This document shows, piece after piece, positions 52,423 through 64,000 of a stretch of DNA of 64,000 nt (position 1 is its first letter; each line of letters starts with the position of its first letter). Origin of the DNA: the human T2T-CHM13v2.0 reference genome, Homo sapiens. The notes under the pieces are model-generated. The model did not search any database. It saw only the letters and a list, made by a program, of their open reading frames with translations, and was not told the DNA's origin. The DNA lies in the NCBI RefSeq assembly GCF_009914755.1, contig NC_060926.1. One strand, 5' to 3'. The position numbers were made by a program, and so were the translations under genes.

Positions 52423-53501
52423 GAGACAAGAAAAGACATTGTATTCATGACGACAAGAAAAGCAGAATGCTATAAACCTATGAACCTATAAGTTTTTAAA
52501 GAATAAGACAGAACTTTTCGAAATTAAAAATACCTTAGAAGAAAATTTTCAATAAAAGACTTGGAACATAAATTTGAAGGAGTATATCAGATAATAGAAC
52601 ACAAATAAAAAGAGATTAAACAAATACTATGACAAAACAAGAAAACCAGAGGATCAATCCAGGAGGCCCAAACATCAAAATAATAGGAGTTCCCAAAAGA
52701 GAGATAAAAAAATAGTGGAGAGAAAATTATCAATGAAATAACATGAGAATACCTTCCAGAACTGAAAGATCTGGAAGAATTTTCTGATTGAAAGAACTTT
52801 CGATCAGCTCAGAAAAAATTAATTTTTAAAAAATCCACTCCAAGTCACATCATTATGAAGCATTAGGACTTCATGGATAAAGAAATCTTAAAAGCTTCCA
52901 GAAAAAAATAAGTCATCTACCAAGAATCTGAAACAAGAATTGATATCAGATTTCTCAATCACTACAGTGGAAGCTACAAGACAATGAAGTCATGCTTCCA
53001 AAAGTGAGACAAAATTATTTCCAACCTAGAATTCCAGTCCCAATCAAGCTATCAATCAAGTGGGAGGGTAGAATAGGGGCATTTTCAGACATAAACTATC
53101 TCAAAAATTTACCTTCGATGCACCTTTTTTTCAGGAAGTGACTGAAGGAGGAACTCTAGCAAGATGAAGGACTTGCACTAAGAAAGAAATTAAGTCTGGG
53201 AAACGGGATTCACCACAAAAGATAGGCAAAGGAAAGTCACCGGAGAAGAACCCTGCAGCAGTCCAGAGAGCAACAGGCACATCTTAGAGCAGGCTCTGGA
53301 CAGGATGTCTTCAGGAAAAAAACCTGGATCTGAAAAATGGTCTTGATGTGTTTGACTGTTGCAAGAGGATACAAAAACTTTGTCAAGAATAGTCATAGAA
53401 AGGAAAAGTAATCATGGTACACTATACTCAACTGTGAGCAATATTTACACAGTCATAATAAATCAAGTGAGTATTAATTTTCCTGAAAACAGCAATAGAA
53501 A

Positions 53502-53639
53502 CAGGGTTGATATTCCACCGATACGCATTGGTATGGCTGCTATTTATGATTGGTGTCCATTTTTAGTGATCAGGTATTCATTTGGGTTGGTCAATGTCAG
53601 TGCCATGTTGGTTGTTAAATATTTTGAATATCACCACTG
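53502..53639. mobile_element. Small hAT-like MITE
   Basis: 14-bp imperfect terminal inverted repeats CAGGGTTGATATTC / GAATATCACCACTG. Confidence 0.55.
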
Positions 53640-53669
53640 GATGTAACTATTTGGGGAGTATAAAACACC

Positions 53670-54765
53670 TGTGGAGGATGCTGCTAGTTACTTCCCTGAT
53701 GCCCATTCCCCTTTCTGCTCTGACTTTCTGACTTCTGCTCCAGCCACAGTAGCACTATGGCCAACTAAAAAGAAACACTTCCCTCAGACACCCTTCAGCT
53801 CTCTCTGGCTGAAGAGCTACAGGAGAAAGAACCTGAGGAAGGAGTCCCTTCCTAGATAAAGCATTTTCAGAAGAAAGCCTCTTCACTTTTCCTTCTTCTT
53901 CCTTCCTGGATAGAGTTGCCAGGTTTAGCAAATGAAACTACAGTTTGCCCAGTTAAATTTGAATTTCAGATAACAACAAATAACTTTGAGTATATGTTCA
54001 GCACAATATTTGGGATATACTTCTACTAAAAATTATGTGTTGACAAAGGTGACCCAGATGTGGTTACTGAAAACCACACCTGGGTCATCTGACAAAGGAC
54101 TCTGGGAAAGTAAGTTTTTACTGGGAAAATAATATTGAGTCTGTCAGTAAGGGAAAAAGGGAGAATGCGCATTGGGTGGTCATCTAGCATGTCTCCTACA
54201 CTGTCCAACAACCATTCCCTCTTCTGCTTGCCTATTTACAAAACTTTATTTTGTTCAGGTAGAGACACAGGGCCCTTGATTGCCAGTAGTCACCTTCCCT
54301 AGGCTCAGGCATGAGCTGGGATCTATATAAACCATTCACGGTATTCTGGTTGCCCTTAGCCAGTCACTGAGTTTAGGAATAGTCATGTGACCCTATTCTA
54401 GCCAATGAGATTTAGGTGGAAGTCCATTGGGTAAGACTTTCAGGAAAGCTTTTATTTTCCTAATTGAAAGTGACACAGTTGGAATGCACAGTTTGTCCTT
54501 TACCCTCCTGCTTTCTTGCACGGACCTTGAGACTTTGAGATAAAGCAGCCATCTTGCAACAATGAGGTGACAGGTATGAAGACCAAAGGCACAGGCTAAG
54601 AACAAGGCAGAAGGATAAGACAAATCTGGGTTCCTGAGAATATCACTGAGCTCTGGACTGCTTATTGCTGGATTTCCTGTTATCTGAAAAAAAAAAAAAA
54701 TCTCTATATTTAAACTGCTAGCCAAGTTTTATGTTACTTTTAGCTGAGGCCTTCCTAACTGACAC
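53670..54765 (+). mobile_element. MLT1-type LTR fragments with a MER53 piece at about 53911-54042
   Basis: gcagccatcttgcaacaatgagg, gtcatgtgacc...gccaatgag; MER53 tagagttgccaggtttagcaaat...cagttaaatttgaatttcagataa. Confidence 0.6.
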
Positions 54766-55209
54766 ATAATGGATGACTATGGACAGTTGAAATTAATGAA
54801 CTAGATTTTTATGTATTAACATGTATAAATCTCAAAAACATAATGAGAACAAAAGGAAGTTGTAAAAGAAAATGATATTATTTACATAAAACTTTAAAAC
54901 AAACAAAACACTACCAATATTGATTATAGTTACATTTATAAGTAATAAAATCATAAAATTATGTAGAGGAATGATACACACCAACTTCAGGTTACTTCTG
55001 GGGAAGGATAAGGTTAATGATGCTTGATGATCTTTGGTATTTTGGATAGATGATAGATATACATGTAGATATGAAACGAATATGATAAAATGTTAACATC
55101 TGTTAATTCTGGACAGTAATATATCAATATTTGTCATATTGTACACATTTGAGGTATTTTATTATTAAATTTTTAAAAGTATTTTTAAAAATAACTAAGA
55201 GGTCTCCCC

Positions 55210-56570
<1,361 letters not shown>

Positions 56571-56711
56571 AAAGTAAATAATTTAATATGCCATGTGTTC
56601 CTACTTTATGTGATAATTGTATCCTTGAAAATTAATGGTTAAATCTATTTGTTAAAAGTGAATCATGTTTAAAATACTTAGCAGAATTACACAACAAAGA
56701 ACCCTTTAAGG

Positions 56712-57055
<344 letters not shown>

Positions 57056-58327
57056 ACCTCTATTTTAAGAAAGTAACTCCCAATTTATATTTTTTATTAA
57101 ATTGGGTCAGTTGGTGATTTTTAAAAAGCTGATATCTTCCTACTCCAGTATGGTGTGAAGAGTACAGAGAAGCTGAGTAACAGATTTTTTTTCCCATAGA
57201 CAACCACCTTCAAATGTCTTAGGGGGAGACTCCATGTCTCCCCAAGCCTCTGAAGGAAAGGCCATGTGACCCAGGCTGGTCAAACACACCCCATTCCAGC
57301 CACAGAGACTGGTTCAGGAATGATCCCATGTCCTTAACTGGGCCAATCAGAATTCTTCCCAGGACATTTCTGCTTGATTCATCCAAAAACTCTGCTCACT
57401 CTGGCACTGCTAAGCTGATAAGCTTGGAAGTTACTATTTTGCCTGTCACATGGAGGGAAGCATTCAAGAAAAGTAGAGAAACAGAGTCCAGATAACACTG
57501 TGACTCCCTGAGTCAGTTAATTTTGAACTGTCCTTCTCAGTTGTGTTGAGCTGTTAAATTCACTTTATTTTTTCTCATGTTTGAGTTGGGCTTCTCATGT
57601 TTGCAATCACAAGTGCCTGACTAATGAAAATGAAATAGAGCTTTCCAACATGATTTTAAAATGTGTTATTTCCTATTTGAAGTACTATGGATTCTCAGAT
57701 TGGAAAAGAAAGTTTGTTGGAAAAATAATGAAATGCCTGCTTGTCACTGACAAATGACAATACATATGCAAACACAGATGAGAACTCTACAAACTATAGA
57801 AGTATGGAGCTATAATGTAGCTATAATATTCAGGTAGATGCATACCTTCCAGTTCTGGACTAGCTAAGACCATTCCTGCTTCATGTCCTCTGTGCTAGAT
57901 CCCAACTTCTCACAACTTGAGAGAAGCTCCCTCCCAGGAATATGCAGAAGTAGAAGAACCCAAACTCCCTGAGATGATCTTCAAAGGAGTCCATCCATCT
58001 GAAGCTGAGTGTTGGCCCTGGGGAAGTGTTTGGATTAGCTCTGCTCTGACTGGCAACTATACTGCCCACCATAAAAGTCCCAGCCTAATTCATGCAACAG
58101 AATTTCTACCTCCAGCATTTCATATAATGTGTATTAGTTGAATGTCAGGTATTTTGCTTTCATCATCTTATTGAATCCTCACTATAATTCAGTGAGGTAT
58201 ATAATTTTCACCCACATTTTATAGATGAGTAAATGAAGACTAAGAGTTAAGTGATTTGTCCTGGATCACAGAACCAGCCATGGTGGAGCCAGGGTTCAAA
58301 CTGGATTCTTTTTGATTCTCAAACCTA

Positions 58328-58480
58328 AGGAAAGAAGGAAGAAGGAAGGGAAGGGAGGGGAGGGGAGGGGGAAAGGGGAAGGGGAAGGGGAAGGGAAGGG
58401 GAAAGGAAAGGAAAGGAAAGGAGGGGAGGAGGAAGGGAGAAGGAAGGGAGAAGGAAGGAGGGAGAAAGACGAAAGAGAAA
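58328..58480. repeat. Polypurine (GGAA/GGGAA) tract
   Basis: About 150 bp of almost pure A/G. Confidence 0.9.
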
Positions 58481-59036
58481 TAAAGATGTGAGAAACAGAG
58501 GGGGCCTGGTATGGGTTACTGACAGTCTTCCACTTCTGGGTTCCAGGCCCTTCCTGAGGCCTGGCTGAACTCCGGTCCACAAGACTTCCCTGGTATTATA
58601 ATAAGTCCCTCCTTGGTAAAAAGGCATTTGATGTTTAAAAAAATAAAAAAATTTTAAAAACCCTCTTTTCTCTTCAACTAGCTTCAGCTGATTTGAGTTA
58701 CTTGTATCCAAAGAGTACTAACCAGTACAATCATCCACTACAATATCTTGCCAAAGGAATTGTGCTAGCAACACATCAGCCTCTGGCATGCAGCAAATGA
58801 AAGGACCTGTAACACCAGTCTCTTCCCTGCCCAACTAGCTCACTGTTATTCCCCCATCCATCTTTAGATCATAGATCGCCTTGGTGTTGAGCATGGCTTT
58901 ACAGTAAGGGAACACACAAAATTCTCTTCTGTCCTGAGTCAAAAGTCACTTTCCATTTCATTGCCCCTACCACTAGCCTGAAATCACATCTGGGATCCCT
59001 GAGAATCCAAAACCCTACTGACAAAATCAACACCTG

Positions 59037-59312
59037 GGCCACGTGCAGTGGCTCACGCCTGTAATCCCAGCACTTTGGGAGGACGAGGCGGGCAGATCAC
59101 GAGGTCAGGAGTTCGATTCCAGCATGGCCAACATGGTGAAACCCTGTCTCTACTAAAAATACAAAAATTAGCCGAGTGTGGTGGTGCACGCCTGTAATCC
59201 TAGCTACTCGGGAGGCTGAGGCACAGCAATTGCTTGAATCCAGGAGGCAGAGGTTGCAGTGAGCTGAGATGGCACCACTGCACTCAAAAACAAAAACAAA
59301 CAAACAAACAAA
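59037..59312 (+). mobile_element. AluS lacking the last ~30 nt of the right arm
   Basis: ...ccactgcactc followed directly by an (A)nC tail; TSD AACACCT. Confidence 0.9.
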
Positions 59313-60617
59313 ACACCTTAAGCCTGTAAGACCAAGGATCAGAGTGCTATCCTAGCAAACAGACACACAGGGGTCCTTGCCCAAGCAGACTGCATGCCCA
59401 AAGCAGCAAGGAGGTGGTGACACAGCTAGCTTTAAAGATGTATGACACGTTTTAGTCATCAGAGCCCTTGTGATAGAATCATCTGGTGTTTAGGTGCCCA
59501 CCCCTTCCCTATCCACAAGGACACATCAATTCAATCCAACAAATCCTTATTGAGTATCCACTTTGTTCCAGATATTTGCACTAGACACTGGGAACAGAAC
59601 AAAATAGTTTCATTACTAGGGAAGAAGAGTAAAGCATAGTAATGAATCCTTAAGATTAGACATCCATGTCTCTGGGAAAAAAGGTAACTAGTAAAAAGGT
59701 TGTGCCACATTCACTGGTCAGCTTTTGGGGAGCTTTTCTTTCCACCCCATATTTTAAGCCACTTGACCTTGATATCTAAGAACTCTAGACCAGCCAACAT
59801 GGTGTCTGATGCACCCTTCTGACAGCCCAGAGTATTTCAGAAAAGGACTTCCCCAAGGGCTTATCTGGGATTATTTTGTGAACTGAATCGACAAGAATGA
59901 CACGGGGTCATGCTGGGCTTTAGAAAGCTAAGCTAGAAGCCAGGGAAAGGCTACCCTCTCAACCCCTAGCTTGTCCATTGCCTCGGGGCCCTGCAGACTG
60001 AAACACCCACGCATGCTCCAGGAGAGAAAGGACAAAACAAACAAATATCCCTAAGAAAACTAGCAGTAGCAAAACCAGGTACCGTATCCAAAACCTAAAA
60101 ACAAAAATGTGTAATGAAAGGAGACTAGCCATTATTCTGTTTCTATCCTGAGATGCTACATTAGCAGATATAATTTATTTTCCCATGGTTTTCTGGGAAA
60201 GAGGTAAGTCTCAGGGTTTTTGCTACTTCATAAGTATTTCAGCCAGTCTAACACATTTGACAAAGACAACAGAAATTTACGTACTAGAAGAGAAAGATTC
60301 AGTTCTATTAGATGAGAACAAGATAGAACTAACTTACCATGGTGTCAGACAGAACAAGTTTCCTGTCATTTCTGTTAATTTGGAGTGGTTTTGCACCCAA
60401 AAACCTCAAGGCCAGGGTGATAAAAACAGTATAATTTTTAAAGGAAAACCAAATATCCTATACTCATTTGGAAGATTTGCCCAGCTTTCCTGGTATTCTC
60501 CTCTTCAGTGTGTGTGAAGCTTACTCTTAAATACTCTGTGTTCATGCTATGAAACACATTTTCCCTTATCTGCATAGCTCTGTCTACTTTCTCTGAAGCT
60601 TCCAGCTGCAAACTTAC

Positions 60618-60684
60618 CTTTGTGTTCTTAGCTCTGGAAACCAGGATCCAAATCCCAGGGAGGCCAGAACCACTTGCTCTGTTC
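60618..60684 (-). other. SLC4A5: SLC4A5 non-coding 5'UTR exon (67 nt) immediately upstream of the first coding exon
   Basis: Minus strand: acceptor ...cacccaacag|GAACAGAG at 60684 and consensus donor CAAAG|gtaagt at 60618. No ATG inside. Splicing to 47527 puts an in-frame TAA five codons before the ATG. Confidence 0.75.
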
Positions 60685-61549
60685 CTGTTGGGTGGCAAGA
60701 AGGGCTCTCTGTGGTTTCCAGGCTGAACAGTATTTGGGGCATTGGAGATTGACTTCTGAGGCTCAGTGGCGGCCAGCCATGTGACCAAGGTGGGGGGAGG
60801 GACGCTCCTGCAGGGTCAGGGATGGATGCCTGGTTGACTGACAGACCAGGGTATAGCAGGGTCTGAATAGAGCTGGCCATGATCATAGGCAGATGCCTTT
60901 GCTCTAAATTTCTTCTTGAATTTTAACTTGGTGATCTTTTTATGGCAGTGGTATATTCCAGCCTTGATTCTGAAATGCTATTTTATCTCCCTGCATAGTT
61001 TTTAACCCAGATTCTTTTTGGATTCTGTCTTGGAGGGATGTTAGAGCTGGAAGAGAACTTGAAGAATCCAGCCTTATCTCAAGGTTGCCCACTTTATATA
61101 ATGAAAAATTGAGGCCCAGAGAGGGGCAGTGGCATTTCCAGGAACCTACAGATACGTGGGCCTGTTGTTATGTACTGGCATGACCCCAGTTGGCTCAAAA
61201 TTACAGCTCACTTTAATGTCTCCAACTTTTAAGTTGTTAGAGCTTTGAGGACTGCTGAGATGTTGATAAAGGATCTTATCACATTGCAAGTACCTAAATG
61301 TTCAGCTGTCAGATTAGGGCATGGCTTGGAAATAGTGGCAGTCTGTACTTGTGGTCAATGAGTTTACATAAACATGTGTACTTATTTTTAGGCATCTCTA
61401 ACCCAATCTTTGTAAAATGCTCCAAGGTGACCTTTTCGGAGAGATCAGGTGACACCAAAAGCTAGAGACATTTTTTTTTTAACCTCAAAGACCTTGAAGA
61501 CCTCTCTAGACTACAGCCATGCAGGTAGGCTCCTAGTTCACACCTGTCA

Positions 61550-64000
<2,451 letters not shown>

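Larger units (their letters stand above)
49940..53500 (+). mobile_element. HAL1 / ancient L1 ORF1-like element, fragmented by L1PB, U6 and an LTR
   Basis: ORF1-like remnants (ttccaacctagaattc...caagctatcaatcaagtg) followed by HAL1-type gcagcagtccagagagcaac...gagcagg. Confidence 0.55.

Overview
Primate (almost certainly human) intronic DNA from the 5' half of SLC4A5 (electrogenic Na+/HCO3- cotransporter NBCe2/NBC4; human chr2p13 by recognition), transcribed on the minus strand. I can place one 67-nt 5'UTR exon and the first three coding exons with GT-AG sites and consistent phases. The next coding exon (WIKFEEK...) was not seen and presumably lies left of the window. The rest is mostly repeats: about 30 Alus, L1MC/L1MA/L1PB/HAL1, L2, MIR, several solo LTRs and DNA MITEs. 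It also holds a full-length processed KRT18 pseudogene, a truncated U6 pseudogene and a large GT-rich VNTR running off the right edge. I see no CRISPR array, prokaryote-type system or new protein-coding gene; most ORF-track entries are Alu/L1/low-complexity artefacts. Top observations: (1) a candidate internal promoter and alternative first exon at about 22.7-23.4 kb that splices in frame but offers only non-AUG starts; (2) a 139-bp MIR segment copied from 1.7 kb away into the middle of an Alu; (3) an orphan poly(A) insertion with TSD; (4) a young AluYa5 near a coding exon; (5) a higher-order VNTR that is YCAY-dense in the pre-mRNA. Repeat subfamily names come from remembered consensus sequences, and boundaries are approximate unless a TSD is given.
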